Below, piece after piece: positions 39,377-49,587 of a stretch of 64,000 bases of DNA. This DNA comes from an uncultured Arcobacter sp. (GTDB lineage: Bacteria; Campylobacterota; Campylobacteria; Campylobacterales; Arcobacteraceae): assembly GCA_965140705.1 (NCBI GenBank), contig OZ223300.1, positions 352,001 to 416,000 of the forward strand, given 5' to 3'. The notes beneath the pieces are model-generated. The model did no database searches and was not told the DNA's origin. It saw nothing but the letters and a program-made list of their open reading frames with translations. The first letter of the stretch is position 1. Every line of letters starts with the position of its first letter. The translations under genes were made by a program, and so were the position numbers.

Positions 39377-40464
39377 TAATATTAGGAAGTACAGGTTCTA
39401 TTGGAGTTAATACTCTAAATATCGCAAAAAAATTTAATTTAAATATTGATGTTTTAGTTGCAGGTAAAAATATAGATTTATTAAATACTCAAATAAAACA
39501 GTTCAATCCAAAAACCGTAGTAATTGCTTCAAAAGATGATATTCCAAAAGTAAATCATACAAATGTATCTTATGGGGAAGAAGCAATTTTAAATGCAATC
39601 GAACAATCAGATGCAAAAACAGTTGTAAATTCACTTGTAGGTTTTTTGGGATTAAAACCTACCCTTAAAGCAATCAAATGTGGGAAAAAAGTAGCTTTGG
39701 CAAATAAAGAATCACTAGTAGTAGCTGGTGCTTTTATAGACCAAAACAATCTTATCCCAATAGATAGTGAACATTTTGGCTTATGGTATTTACTTCAAGA
39801 TAAAAAAATAGATTCTATGACAATAACTGCTAGTGGTGGTTCATTTAGAGATTATCCACTAGAAAAGTTAAAAAATGTATCAATAAAAGAGGCCTTAAAT
39901 CATCCAAATTGGTCAATGGGAAATAAAATTACAATCGATAGTGCAACTATGACAAATAAGATTTTTGAACTACTTGAAGCAAAATGGCTTTTTCTCAAAG
40001 AGAGTGATGAGCACAAGAATACAATAAAACTTGATGCAATAATAGAAACAAAATCACTAATTCATGCACTAATTAATTTTACTGATGGAAGTACAACAGC
40101 ACACATAGCAAATGCAAATATGCAACTTCCTATTTCATATGCTGTTTTGGGTAGAGTTGATGAAAATATACTTAAGCATATAGATTTAGTGGAAGTTGGA
40201 ACTTTAGAGTTTAAAAAAATAGAAGAGCAACGATATCCAATCTGGGGTATAAAAGATGAAATATTAAAAAATCCAAATTTAGGTGTAGTTATAAATGCTG
40301 CAAATGAAGTTGCTGTTGCAAAATTTCTAAATGAAGAAATAGGGTTTTTAGATATTTCAAAAATCACTTTAGATGCTTTAAATCATTTTCATAATGTAAA
40401 CCCAAGCTCATTAGAAGATATTTTTGCTTGGGATAAAGAGGTTAGGGCTTATTGTGGGTCTTGA
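39373..40464 (+). CDS. dxr: 1-deoxy-D-xylulose 5-phosphate reductoisomerase
   Basis: LGSTGSIG, LANKE, PIDSEH, HPNWSMG.KITIDSA. Confidence 0.98.
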   Translation: MIILGSTGSIGVNTLNIAKKFNLNIDVLVAGKNIDLLNTQIKQFNPKTVVIASKDDIPKVNHTNVSYGEEAILNAIEQSDAKTVVNSLVGFLGLKPTLKAIKCGKKVALANKESLVVAGAFIDQNNLIPIDSEHFGLWYLLQDKKIDSMTITASGGSFRDYPLEKLKNVSIKEALNHPNWSMGNKITIDSATMTNKIFELLEAKWLFLKESDEHKNTIKLDAIIETKSLIHALINFTDGSTTAHIANANMQLPISYAVLGRVDENILKHIDLVEVGTLEFKKIEEQRYPIWGIKDEILKNPNLGVVINAANEVAVAKFLNEEIGFLDISKITLDALNHFHNVNPSSLEDIFAWDKEVRAYCGS

Positions 40465-40738
40465 TTTATTAATTCCTTTTGGAATACTTTTAGTTTTAGT
40501 TATCTATTTAATAGCTACAAGAACTAAGTTTGAAAAACAGACAATTAAAGATTATGAAGAAAAATTTGAAAATTGGAAAATTCATGCAAAACCAGAAGAA
40601 AAAGAAATTCAAGAGTCAAAAAAAGAGTTAGTTGGACTTGTGTTTAAAAAAAATGGTAAAATAGACATAGAACTTTTTGATGAATTTACAAATGATAGAA
40701 TTCAAAAAGGAAAATTTAACTCAAAGATAAGAGAATGA
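40454..40738 (+). CDS. Hypothetical protein with N-terminal TM helix
   Basis: Overlaps the dxr stop; probable GTG start at 40454. Confidence 0.7.
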   Translation: MGLDLLIPFGILLVLVIYLIATRTKFEKQTIKDYEEKFENWKIHAKPEEKEIQESKKELVGLVFKKNGKIDIELFDEFTNDRIQKGKFNSKIRE

Positions 40739-41163
40739 AATATTTACTACTCATAATATCGTTAATAGCAGTTTTAAATGCAGCCTCTTTACATAGAGAT
40801 AATGATAGAAATATCGTAATAGATGATGCAAATAAATTAGTTTGGATGGATAGTGAGTTAAATATTACAACTTATTTAACTCATCCAGATGCGCAAGAAT
40901 ATTGTGATAAATTATCTTATGCAGGCTTTGATGATTGGCGTTTGCCAGATATAGAAGAGTTTGCTTTAATCGTTGATAAAAAAAATACAAAAAAAAATAT
41001 AAATAGAGCCTTTAAATATAGTTTAAGTGAAGGTTATTGGGCAAGCACGGCACATTGGAGAACCTTATGGTTTTATGCTGATTATATGTATTTTGTAAGT
41101 GGAACAGCATATTATGATAGTAGACACAAATTAAAATTAGTTCGATGTGTAAGAAGTAAATAG
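40735..41163 (+). CDS. DUF1566 (Lcl C-terminal) domain secreted protein
   Basis: Signal peptide, LVW, YC, DWRLP..E, YW.ST, VRCVR. Confidence 0.88.
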   Translation: MKYLLLIISLIAVLNAASLHRDNDRNIVIDDANKLVWMDSELNITTYLTHPDAQEYCDKLSYAGFDDWRLPDIEEFALIVDKKNTKKNINRAFKYSLSEGYWASTAHWRTLWFYADYMYFVSGTAYYDSRHKLKLVRCVRSK

Positions 41164-41175
41164 AAAAGGAAAAAA

Positions 41176-41733
41176 GTGAATAAAAGAGTTTTGATATTAC
41201 ATGGTTTAGGTGGGAGTGATTTTCCCCATTGGCAAGCGCATTTGGCACGTGACTTGATAAAAGAGAATTATATTGTCTCTTTTCCAGCTTTTCCTAAAAG
41301 AGAAAACCCTGAGTTAAATGAGTGGAAAGAGTTTTTAAAAAAAGAGATTAAACATTTTAATCCTGATATTGTAGTTTGTCACTCTTTGGCAAATGTACTT
41401 TGGTTTCATACTTGTTCTGAACTTGATATAAATCTTGATAAACTTATGTTAGTAGCACCTGTTAGTAGAAATAGAATTGTAAAAGAAGCACAAAGCTTTT
41501 ATCCATATCCTATTGCTAAAGATTTAAAAGCAAAAGAGATAATAATGGCAGCTTCAACAAATGACCCATACATGGAAATTGAAGAAGCAATAGATCTTCA
41601 AACAAAACTAAATGTGGGTATGAAAATAATGGAAAATGCAGGACATATAAATGCATCTTCTGGATTTGGGAAGCTTGATTGTGCCTTGGATTGGATTAAA
41701 AGAGAAGAGACTTGTGAGGAAAATGCTAAATGA
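41176..41733 (+). CDS. RBBP9/YdeN-family alpha/beta hydrolase
   Basis: LHGLGGS..HWQ, HSLA, LVAP, STNDPY, AGHIN..SGFG. Confidence 0.9.
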   Translation: MNKRVLILHGLGGSDFPHWQAHLARDLIKENYIVSFPAFPKRENPELNEWKEFLKKEIKHFNPDIVVCHSLANVLWFHTCSELDINLDKLMLVAPVSRNRIVKEAQSFYPYPIAKDLKAKEIIMAASTNDPYMEIEEAIDLQTKLNVGMKIMENAGHINASSGFGKLDCALDWIKREETCEENAK

Positions 41734-42719
41734 TTCTTAGTATCGAATCTTCTTGTGATGATAGTTCTATAGCCATAACTGAAATAGATACAAATAGACT
41801 CATTTACCATAAAAAGATATCTCAAGAGCTACAACATAGTATTTATGGTGGAGTTGTACCTGAACTTGCCGCAAGATTACATGTGGAAGCTTTACCTAAA
41901 ATACTCCAAGAGTGTGAAGAATATTTTTCTAAATTAAAAGCAATCGCAGTTACAAATGCACCTGGTCTTTCTGTTACACTTATGGAAGGTGTAACTATGG
42001 CAAAGGCTCTATCTTTAGCTTTAGATATTCCTTTAATTGCTGTAAATCATCTAAAAGGACATATCTATTCACTATTTATTGAAAAAGATTCAAACCTTCC
42101 CTTAACAGTTTTATTAGTTTCTGGTGGGCATACTCAAATTATAGAGGTGAACTCTTTAAGTGATATGAAAATCCTTGCAAGTACTATGGATGATAGTTTT
42201 GGTGAGAGTTTTGATAAGGTTGCCAAAATGATGGATTTGGGTTACCCAGGAGGTCCAGTTATTCAAGAACTATCTTTTAAAGGAGATAGTCAAAAGTTTG
42301 ATTTTCCTATCCCACTTAGACAAAGTCCAAAAATAGAGTTTTCATATTCAGGTTTAAAAAATGCAGTTAGAGTTGAGATAGAAAAACAAGGAACTCTAAG
42401 TGATGAAATAAAAGCAGATATTTGCGCCTCTTTTCAAAGAACAGCAGTTGAGCATATCATGCAAAAGTTAAAAAAACTATTTAAAATAAAAGCTCCTAAA
42501 AACTTCGCAATAGTAGGTGGAGCAAGTGCAAATGTTTGTTTAAGAGGTGAAGTGGAAAATCTGTGCAAAAAATATGGAACTTCTTTGATGTTAAGTGAAC
42601 TTAAGTATTGTAGTGACAATGCAGCTATGATAGGAAGAGTTGCAGTTGAACAGTACAAAGTAAGTGATTTTATATCTATAGATGAACTAGATGTTCAAAC
42701 AAGAGTAAAGGTATTTTAA
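41730..42719 (+). CDS. tsaD: tRNA N6-threonylcarbamoyltransferase
   Basis: [35 protein letters not shown]. Confidence 0.97.
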   Translation: MILSIESSCDDSSIAITEIDTNRLIYHKKISQELQHSIYGGVVPELAARLHVEALPKILQECEEYFSKLKAIAVTNAPGLSVTLMEGVTMAKALSLALDIPLIAVNHLKGHIYSLFIEKDSNLPLTVLLVSGGHTQIIEVNSLSDMKILASTMDDSFGESFDKVAKMMDLGYPGGPVIQELSFKGDSQKFDFPIPLRQSPKIEFSYSGLKNAVRVEIEKQGTLSDEIKADICASFQRTAVEHIMQKLKKLFKIKAPKNFAIVGGASANVCLRGEVENLCKKYGTSLMLSELKYCSDNAAMIGRVAVEQYKVSDFISIDELDVQTRVKVF

Positions 42720-43048
42720 TGATATTCGAAATGGGTGCAAAACTTGATGGTGATAGTTTTGATACAAAAAAAGAAGATAAAAAGAAAAAACCATCAAATA
42801 ATAAAATAGAGCCAAAAAACTCACATCAGTTGGTATTTACTTATGAAAAAAGAAAAGGTAAACCAGTTACTTTAGTGGGTAGATTTTATGTTTCTCTTGA
42901 TGAAAAAAAAGAGGTTCTAAAACTTCTAAAGAAAAAGCTTGCTTGTGGTGGAGCTATAAAAGAAGAGTGGATAGAACTACAAGGTGATGTAAAAGAAAAA
43001 ATAATAGAAATCTTATCAAAAGATGGATGGAAATTTAAAAACAAATAA
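42719..43048 (+). CDS. SUI1/YciH translation initiation factor-like protein
   Basis: RKGKPVT, LKKKLACGG, IELQGD. Confidence 0.92.
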   Translation: MIFEMGAKLDGDSFDTKKEDKKKKPSNNKIEPKNSHQLVFTYEKRKGKPVTLVGRFYVSLDEKKEVLKLLKKKLACGGAIKEEWIELQGDVKEKIIEILSKDGWKFKNK

Positions 43049-43058
43049 AGAGTATGCC

Positions 43059-44444
43059 ATGAAAAAAGTATTTGATGAAGTTGGAACTTTAGATAAAAGA
43101 TGTTATGAAGAGTTTAGTTTAACAGAAGATATACTTATGGAACATGCTGCATCTAGCATGGCAAGATTTTGTGAAGAGAAGTTTGAAGATGAAAGTATAA
43201 TTCTTATTGTCTGTGGTCCTGGAAATAATGGAGCAGATGGGATAGCACTAGCACGACTTTTATATAAAAAATTTGATGTTAAACTTTATCTTCCCTTTGG
43301 TGCAAAATCTCAAATGGCACAATTACAAGAAAAAAGAGCAAAACTTTTAGGTCTTGAAGAGTTAGATTTTGTATGTAGTTGTGATGTTGTTATCGATTGT
43401 CTGTTTGGAAGTGGTTTAAATAAAGATTTAGATGAAAATTCAATTGAACTCTTAAAAAGGGTAAATTACCTAGATGCTTATAAAATAGCTTGTGATATTC
43501 CAAGTGGAATAAACAGTTTGGGACAAATAAATAGTGTGGCTTTTAAAGCTGATACAACTATTACTATGGGTGCTTACAAAAAGTCTTTATTTTCTGATAT
43601 ATCTAAAAACTATGTGGGTGAAATTAGTGTCGCTAATTTAGGAGTTCAAAGGGAAGTTTATGAGGCTAGTTCAAATACCTTTTTATTAGAAAAATCTGAT
43701 ATGAAACTTCCATTTAGAAAAGATAAAAACTCACATAAGGGAACCTTTGGTCATGTGGGTATTATCATGGGTGAAAAATGTGGGGCAGGAAGAATTGCTT
43801 GTGATGCTGCTTTTAAATTTGGTGCTGGTTTAGTAACTGCTGTTTGTCACAAGGAGTTAAATCTACCTTATCATATTATGCAAAGTCATTTTATACCTGA
43901 AAATTGTACAGCCCTAGCCATTGGAATGGGATTAGGAAAGTATGAAAATGCAGAGATAGAAGATATTTTAGCTTTAAAAATTCCAAAAGTTGTAGATGCT
44001 GATTTATTTTATGAAGAGTTATTAGTGGAGAATTTAAATAAAGAACTTGTTTTAACTCCACATCCAAAAGAGTTTTGCTCTCTTTTGAAGCTTTGTAATA
44101 TCGCTGATATTAGTGTAAATACTTTACAAAATGATAGATTCAAATACGTAGAGTTGTTTACAAAAAAATATCCAAATGTTACTTTACTTTTAAAAGGTGC
44201 CAATACGATTATTGCAAAAGCTGAAAAAAGATATATAAATAATCACGGTACACCAAATCTAAGTAAAGGTGGAAGTGGAGATACTTTATCTGGATTTATA
44301 GTTTCCCTTTTGGCACAAGGTTATAATTCCCTAGATGCAACAATAACTGCATCTTTGGCACATAGTTTTGCAGCAAGTAATTTTAAGAAAAATTCTTATT
44401 CTTTAACTCCACAAGATATTATTGATGAGGTTACAAAATTATGA
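43059..44444 (+). CDS. nnr: Bifunctional NAD(P)H-hydrate epimerase/dehydratase
   Basis: LMEHAA, GPGNNGADG, DIPSG, HKGTFG, TPHPKE, GGSGDTL. Confidence 0.93.
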   Translation: MKKVFDEVGTLDKRCYEEFSLTEDILMEHAASSMARFCEEKFEDESIILIVCGPGNNGADGIALARLLYKKFDVKLYLPFGAKSQMAQLQEKRAKLLGLEELDFVCSCDVVIDCLFGSGLNKDLDENSIELLKRVNYLDAYKIACDIPSGINSLGQINSVAFKADTTITMGAYKKSLFSDISKNYVGEISVANLGVQREVYEASSNTFLLEKSDMKLPFRKDKNSHKGTFGHVGIIMGEKCGAGRIACDAAFKFGAGLVTAVCHKELNLPYHIMQSHFIPENCTALAIGMGLGKYENAEIEDILALKIPKVVDADLFYEELLVENLNKELVLTPHPKEFCSLLKLCNIADISVNTLQNDRFKYVELFTKKYPNVTLLLKGANTIIAKAEKRYINNHGTPNLSKGGSGDTLSGFIVSLLAQGYNSLDATITASLAHSFAASNFKKNSYSLTPQDIIDEVTKL

Positions 44445-44752
44445 AATTATGTATTGTACAAACAACCTGTAAAGATATACAAGAGGCTAAATCTATCTCA
44501 AAGATTTTACTTGAAAAAAAACTTGCTGCTTGTATACAAATAAGTAGCATAGAGTCTTTATACGTTTGGAAAGATGAATTATGTGTAGATAAAGAGAAGT
44601 TACTTTCAATCAAAACTAAAAAGAAAAACTTTAAAAAAATCCAAAGGGAAATAAAAGATAATCATAGCTATGATTTACCCGAAATTATATCTATTGATAT
44701 AGAGAATGTTAGTAAAGAATATAAAAACTTTGTAAGTGAAAACTGTAAATAA
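44441..44752 (+). CDS. cutA: Divalent-cation tolerance protein CutA
   Basis: KLAAC, SLYVW, IKT, HSYDLPE. Confidence 0.95.
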   Translation: MKLCIVQTTCKDIQEAKSISKILLEKKLAACIQISSIESLYVWKDELCVDKEKLLSIKTKKKNFKKIQREIKDNHSYDLPEIISIDIENVSKEYKNFVSENCK

Positions 44753-44766
44753 ATAGAAGGAAAAAA

Positions 44767-45546
44767 ATGAGTGATATTTTAAAAATTGGTAATTATGAAT
44801 TTAATAGTAGATTAATAGTAGGAAGTGGTAAATATAAAGATTTTCAAACTACAAAAGATGCAACTCTAGCAAGTGGAAGTGAACTGATTACGGTGGCTAT
44901 TAGAAGAGTAAATATTACAAATCCAAATGAAGAGAATTTATTAGATTATTTCAAAGGTACAAATGTAAAACTTCTTCCAAATAGTGCAGGGTGTTTCACA
45001 GCTGAAGAGGCAATCACAACTTTTAGACTTATGAGAGAAGCTACTGGAATAGATTTAATTAAACTTGAAGTGATTGGGGATGCTCAAAAAACACTTTATC
45101 CTGATGTAATAGAGACAATTAAAGCTTGTGAAATTCTAAAAAAAGAGGGTTTTACAATTATGGCATATACAAATGATGACCCAATTATTGCAAAAAGATT
45201 AGAAGAAGCGGGAGCTGATGCAATTATGCCACTTGCTGCACCTATAGGAAGTGGTTTAGGAATTCAAAACAGATATAATGTAGCATTTATCAAAGATGCT
45301 GTAAAAGTTCCTGTAATCGTTGATGCAGGTGTTGGTTGTGCAAGTGATGCAGCGATTGCAATGGAACTTGGAGCAGAAGCAGTTCTTACAAATACTGCAA
45401 TTGCAGGAGCAAATGATCCAATAGCAATGGCAGAAGCTATGAAGTATGCAGTAATTGCAGGAAGAATGGGTTATAAAGCTGGAAGAATTGCTAAAAAACC
45501 TTATGCAACAGCTAGTTCTCCTATTGATGGATTGATTCAATTTTAG
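44767..45546 (+). CDS. thiG: Thiazole synthase
   Basis: [32 protein letters not shown]. Confidence 0.97.
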   Translation: MSDILKIGNYEFNSRLIVGSGKYKDFQTTKDATLASGSELITVAIRRVNITNPNEENLLDYFKGTNVKLLPNSAGCFTAEEAITTFRLMREATGIDLIKLEVIGDAQKTLYPDVIETIKACEILKKEGFTIMAYTNDDPIIAKRLEEAGADAIMPLAAPIGSGLGIQNRYNVAFIKDAVKVPVIVDAGVGCASDAAIAMELGAEAVLTNTAIAGANDPIAMAEAMKYAVIAGRMGYKAGRIAKKPYATASSPIDGLIQF

Positions 45547-45567
45547 GTCTTAAAACTAAAAATTAGC

Positions 45568-45603
45568 TAAAATTGAGAAATTTATGTACATTTCTCAATT
45601 TTA
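45568..45603 (+). terminator. Hairpin after thiG (probable terminator)
   Basis: TAAAATTGAGAAAT / ATTTCTCAATTTTA inverted repeat. Confidence 0.6.
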
Positions 45604-45606
45604 CTC

Positions 45607-45635
45607 TTGACAAATGTTTAAAAACTTAATATAAT
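45607..45635 (+). promoter_or_regulatory. Sigma70 promoter of the tRNA operon
   Basis: TTGACA-N17-TATAAT, exact consensus. Confidence 0.9.
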
Positions 45636-45667
45636 TCCGTCCACTTTTCGAAAGATTAGTATTGTTT

Positions 45668-45745
45668 CGGGGCGTAGCGCAGTCTGGTTAGCGCACCTGG
45701 TTTGGGACCAGGGGGCCGGAGGTTCGAATCCTCTCGCCCCGACCA
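45668..45745 (+). tRNA. tRNA-Pro(TGG)
   Basis: CGGGGCG/CGCCCCG acceptor, anticodon arm CCTGG-TT TGG GA-CCAGG, GGTTCGAATCC, CCA end. Confidence 0.98.
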
Positions 45746-45754
45746 TTTTTAGAT

Positions 45755-45832
45755 GGTAGGTATAGCTCAGTTGGTTAGAGCATCGGGTTGTGGTTCCGAG
45801 GGTCGTGGGTTCGAGCCCCATTACTTACCCCA
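45755..45832 (+). tRNA. tRNA-His(GTG)
   Basis: G-1:C73 pair, anticodon arm TCGGG-TT GTG GT-TCCGA, CCA end. Confidence 0.97.
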
Positions 45833-45844
45833 TTATTTTTAAGT

Positions 45845-45921
<77 letters not shown>

Positions 45922-45950
45922 CTTTTTTGTCTTATTTTAGACTCGTATAC

Positions 45951-46035
45951 GCGGATGTGGTGAAATTGGTATACACGCCAGACTTAGGATCTGGTGCCGC
46001 AAGGTGTGAAGGTTCAAGTCCTTTCATCCGCACCA
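45951..46035 (+). tRNA. tRNA-Leu(TAG), integration site of the 9-kb element
   Basis: GCGGATG/CATCCGC acceptor, CCAGA-CT TAG GA-TCTGG, long variable arm, CCA end. Confidence 0.98.
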
Positions 46036-46040
46036 TCTAC
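46023..46040 (+). repeat. att site, left copy (tRNA-Leu 3' end)
   Basis: TTCATCCGCACCATCTAC. Confidence 0.92.
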
Positions 46041-46259
46041 AAAGTACTATGTACTTTAAATTCAATAATCTAAATTTTATTAAAATTCAACCCTTGGTTC
46101 AACTTTTTGTTAGTATAATTTTAATTAAATTTTCATAAATTGTTTCTTTTAGATATGGGTGTAAATTGAAGTATTAATTAATAATTCAATTTAAATAATA
46201 ATAAAGTTACTTTAATATATTATAATGAAAGAATGTAAAATTTCGGAGGATGTGAGATA

Positions 46260-46718
46260 ATGAATGCTAATCTAAAAAGAATAAGTGATAAACTTATTGA
46301 TTTTCATAGAAATAAATATGATGAAAGTATTAGTCCTATGAAACTTCAAAAATTGTGTTATTATGCACAAGGATTTTACATGGCTTTAAATGAGGAAGAA
46401 ACTTTATTTGAAGATGACTTTCAAGCTTGGCAACATGGACCTGTAATTAGAGATTTATATATTGAATATAGAGAAAATGGTTGGAAACAAATCACTAATG
46501 ATGTAGATATTTCCATCTATGATACTAATGAAAAAGAAGATGAATTCCTTATGGAAATAGTAAATTCTTTTGGTAGCTATGATGGTTCTACACTAAGTGT
46601 TATGACTCATAATGAATCTCCATGGTTAGATGCAAGAGGTGATTTATCTGAAAATGCAGCATCAACTGAGTTAATTTCAAAAGATAGTATATATAATTAT
46701 TTTAAATCTCAAATTTAA
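46260..46718 (+). CDS. Panacea (DUF4065, SocA/GepA-like) antitoxin
   Basis: MKLQKLCYYAQG, FQAWQHGPV, LS..TH.E.PW. Confidence 0.92.
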   Translation: MNANLKRISDKLIDFHRNKYDESISPMKLQKLCYYAQGFYMALNEEETLFEDDFQAWQHGPVIRDLYIEYRENGWKQITNDVDISIYDTNEKEDEFLMEIVNSFGSYDGSTLSVMTHNESPWLDARGDLSENAASTELISKDSIYNYFKSQI

Positions 46719-46725
46719 ATAAAAT

Positions 46726-47367
46726 ATGTCAGAAATATTTGATTATTCACAATCAAAAAAACAAGAAGCAAAAAGAAAGAAACTAACTATCTCTTATAAA
46801 TTTGTTGAACATAATATGGAGTGTTTTTTTCTTCATGGATTATCACAAGATTATTATAAACATTTAACAGATGCACTTGAAAAGATACAAAATATTACAG
46901 AAGATGATTTACGACAACAAAAAGATTGTGATGGATTGAAACCTAAAACAATCAATTTTAATGCTCCTAAAATTACTCAAAAAAGTTTTCCTATAGAATC
47001 TAACTCTTCAATTTATACATATATAAAAGCTAAAACAAGAAAAGAAGATGGTACTACTGACAAAAAAATAATAAGCGAGAATTTAAAAGAGTTTATTAAA
47101 AATTCTTTTGAACTAAGACTATCTACTAATTCGGGCAGAATTCATGGGTTTGTAAGTCAAAATATATTTTATATTATTTGGTTTGACCCCGCACATAATT
47201 TATACTTAAGTAAACATATGGGGAAAGAAACAAAAATAGATTTACCACATGAAGTTCAGAAAATAAAACCTATTTGTCCTTCTAAATATCAGGAATATAA
47301 TAAAAAACTGGAAGAAGTAGAAAATTGTATATTTAATTTATTAGAAAGTGCAACATCCGAGATTTAG
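46726..47367 (+). CDS. Putative toxin partner of the Panacea antitoxin (possibly RelE-superfamily RNase)
   Basis: Starts 7 nt after the antitoxin; FELRL..GRIHGF..NIFYIIWFDPAH resembles the beta-sheet core of RelE-like toxins. Confidence 0.55.
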   Translation: MSEIFDYSQSKKQEAKRKKLTISYKFVEHNMECFFLHGLSQDYYKHLTDALEKIQNITEDDLRQQKDCDGLKPKTINFNAPKITQKSFPIESNSSIYTYIKAKTRKEDGTTDKKIISENLKEFIKNSFELRLSTNSGRIHGFVSQNIFYIIWFDPAHNLYLSKHMGKETKIDLPHEVQKIKPICPSKYQEYNKKLEEVENCIFNLLESATSEI

Positions 47368-47422
47368 TTTATACTTAGATATCGAATATCTATTTATTAA
47401 TATTGAGTGTGAAAGATAAATT

Positions 47423-47668
47423 TCATTTAAAGAATTCATTTATATCTACTTCCAAAATTTCAGATATTTTATACAAATGTTCTAAATTAAAATGCTTATC
47501 TTCTGCCAATAGTTCTGCTTTACCTAAAAATGTTGCATTTTGATGACCTATTGCATTTGCTAACTTTAACTGAGAAACTTTTTTTTCTTTTCTAATCCTA
47601 ATTACATTCTTACTAATACACGCGTAAAAACTTGACAACATTTCATCAGTAAAATCAATATTTTTCAT
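47423..47668 (-). CDS. XRE/Cro-family HTH transcriptional regulator
   Basis: IRKEKKVSQLKLANAIG..FLGKAE..NLEHLYKISEILEV. Start ATG 47668 or GTG 47677. Confidence 0.9.
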   Translation of the reverse strand: MKNIDFTDEMLSSFYACISKNVIRIRKEKKVSQLKLANAIGHQNATFLGKAELLAEDKHFNLEHLYKISEILEVDINEFFK

Positions 47669-47672
47669 AAAT

Positions 47673-47740
47673 AACACCCTATAAGGTTTTATTTAATGAT
47701 AATAATATATAATCTTTTTAACAACACTCTATAAGGTGTT
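47673..47740. promoter_or_regulatory. Two 18-bp imperfect palindromic operators in the divergent promoter
   Basis: AACACCCTATAAGGTTTT (47673-47690) and AACACTCTATAAGGTGTT (47723-47740). Confidence 0.7.
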
Positions 47741-47751
47741 AAGGAGATTAT

Positions 47752-47973
47752 ATGAGGAAATATGTTTTTTTATTATCAATATTAATTGTTTTTATTGGTT
47801 GCTCAGGAAAACAGCTAAAAAAATATGGTGGAAACATAGCAACAAGTGGTGGAGGAAATCCAATCATGGCAGCATCTGCAGCAGTAGTTGGTGGAACATT
47901 ATATGGGGTAGGTTATCTAATAGACAATGATGAGAAGAAAGAAGAAGATTTAGAACAAAAGGAGAATAAGTGA
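47752..47973 (+). CDS. Small lipoprotein with Gly/Ala-rich hydrophobic segment
   Basis: AAGGAG SD, lipobox FIGC, IMAASAAVVGGTLYGVGYLI. Confidence 0.75.
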   Translation: MRKYVFLLSILIVFIGCSGKQLKKYGGNIATSGGGNPIMAASAAVVGGTLYGVGYLIDNDEKKEEDLEQKENK

Positions 47974-48056
47974 TGATAATATCAAAAGTGTGTGGAGAAG
48001 TTTATAATACCTCTCTACTAAAAAATAAAATAAATCGTGATGTAAATAAAAAATAA
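47970..48056 (+). CDS. Possible 28-aa translationally coupled ORF
   Basis: GTGA overlap with the lipoprotein stop, AAGGAG SD; its stop abuts the SD of the next gene. Confidence 0.3.
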   Translation: MMIISKVCGEVYNTSLLKNKINRDVNKK

Positions 48057-48066
48057 AGGACAAAAC

Positions 48067-48381
48067 ATGGAAGAAAATTACACTAAAAAGGGTACATCAA
48101 ACCTAATGAATATCATTTTAGTATGTGTTGCTTTGATGATTGGAGTAATAATATATTTTATTAATCATGCAAGTCAAAAGCCTGATAATTTTATTATTAA
48201 AGATATAGCGAATCATTATAGAGTAAATTATGCTTCACTTAATGAAATAAACATTTTGAAATCTTATGAAGATAGAGGAAAACTGGTCTATATTTTAGAG
48301 ATAAAGGGTAGTATCTGTGAAATGCCAGTTATAAAAAATTACGACAAATGGCAATCTCTGGGAATTTCTTGTAAAAATTAA
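48067..48381 (+). CDS. Hypothetical single-pass membrane protein
   Basis: AAAGGA SD, one TM helix, two Cys in the C-terminal part. Confidence 0.75.
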   Translation: MEENYTKKGTSNLMNIILVCVALMIGVIIYFINHASQKPDNFIIKDIANHYRVNYASLNEINILKSYEDRGKLVYILEIKGSICEMPVIKNYDKWQSLGISCKN

Positions 48382-48446
48382 AAACTTTTAACTAAAAACG
48401 TCCGATTTCAATTCTTTTTATCTATTTCTCTATAAAGGAGAAACAG

Positions 48447-49583
48447 ATGAAAGGATTATACGCTACAAAAAAACTACAAGAACACAAACTTTATAGAGAA
48501 TACCAAAATAATCTACAATTTTATTATCAATATAGTTTAGAAAAAGAACAAAACCAAAAGAATTATTTAAAAAGAATAAGCTTATTCAATAAAGATAGTG
48601 GAGAGTTTTTAAAACTTGAACATGATTTTGAACGAAAATTAAAAATTTATTCAAAGACCATTGAACAGAAAATTTCAACAATTGAGCATATTTCAAAAAA
48701 TTTGGGTTATGCTTGTGCTTTTGTAACCTTTACTTTACCAAAACACTATCATCCATTTAAATCAATTAATCATAAGGGCAAAAGGCTATATGTTTCAGTA
48801 AATGAAGATTTTGGATTTGATTCAATTAAAGAATCTATTTCAAATGGATATAAGCAATTAAATTTGATTTATAGAAACTATTATAAAGCAATAAAAAAAT
48901 ACATAGCTAAAAATGGTAAAGAGCCTTTAAATATCGTAAAGGTTTTTGAGCCACACTCCAGCTCTATTTTACATCTTCATTGTCTTTTATTTTTCCCTCC
49001 TGAATATATGGATGTAATAAGAGGATATTATAAAAATGCAGTATCTTTTTATAACCTAAGCCAAGCAGATTTTGAAGAGGTAAGATATAGAGATGATGTA
49101 AAATATCCGACAAGATACTTACTTAAATATATAACTAAAGAGTTAAAAAATGGATTTGATTATTTCTCAATCCGTGCTACAGACGGCTATCGTAGGTATC
49201 ATAAAATAAAATATATAACAAGTTCTCAAATTTCTTTGAATTTATACCTTTATACCAGGATTTTTTTTTCATTACATGATAATATTAAATCAGAAATAGA
49301 CAAAATAGTTGCAACTAAGGGAATCCCAATCTATTTCTACATTATGGAAAACACTTATATAGTAAAGAGTGTTAAGTGTATAGAGGTGGCTTCTTTATCT
49401 ACTAATGTTACAAGACAAGGAGATAAAAACTCTTTGTTTAAAGTGATAATAGATATTGAAAGAACAAGAAGAAAGTCGGGATTAGCTTATAGAGTTAAAA
49501 AGCTTTTCATTAAATACAATGAAGAGATAATTTATAGACACAATAGGTTTATCAAACTTGAAAATATATCCATGGAGGATTAA
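48447..49583 (+). CDS. HUH rolling-circle replication initiator / relaxase-like endonuclease
   Basis: Motif I FVTFTLP, motif II EPHSSSILHLHCLL, motif III YLLKYITK (two Tyr), in Rep-class order. Confidence 0.9.
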   Translation: MKGLYATKKLQEHKLYREYQNNLQFYYQYSLEKEQNQKNYLKRISLFNKDSGEFLKLEHDFERKLKIYSKTIEQKISTIEHISKNLGYACAFVTFTLPKHYHPFKSINHKGKRLYVSVNEDFGFDSIKESISNGYKQLNLIYRNYYKAIKKYIAKNGKEPLNIVKVFEPHSSSILHLHCLLFFPPEYMDVIRGYYKNAVSFYNLSQADFEEVRYRDDVKYPTRYLLKYITKELKNGFDYFSIRATDGYRRYHKIKYITSSQISLNLYLYTRIFFSLHDNIKSEIDKIVATKGIPIYFYIMENTYIVKSVKCIEVASLSTNVTRQGDKNSLFKVIIDIERTRRKSGLAYRVKKLFIKYNEEIIYRHNRFIKLENISMED

Positions 49584-49587
49584 TAAA

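Noticed and set aside
44753..44766. TPP riboswitch before thiG
   Set aside because: Only 14 nt of intergenic space.
45618..45821. 67-aa minus-strand ORF
   Set aside because: Antisense shadow of tRNA-Pro and tRNA-His.
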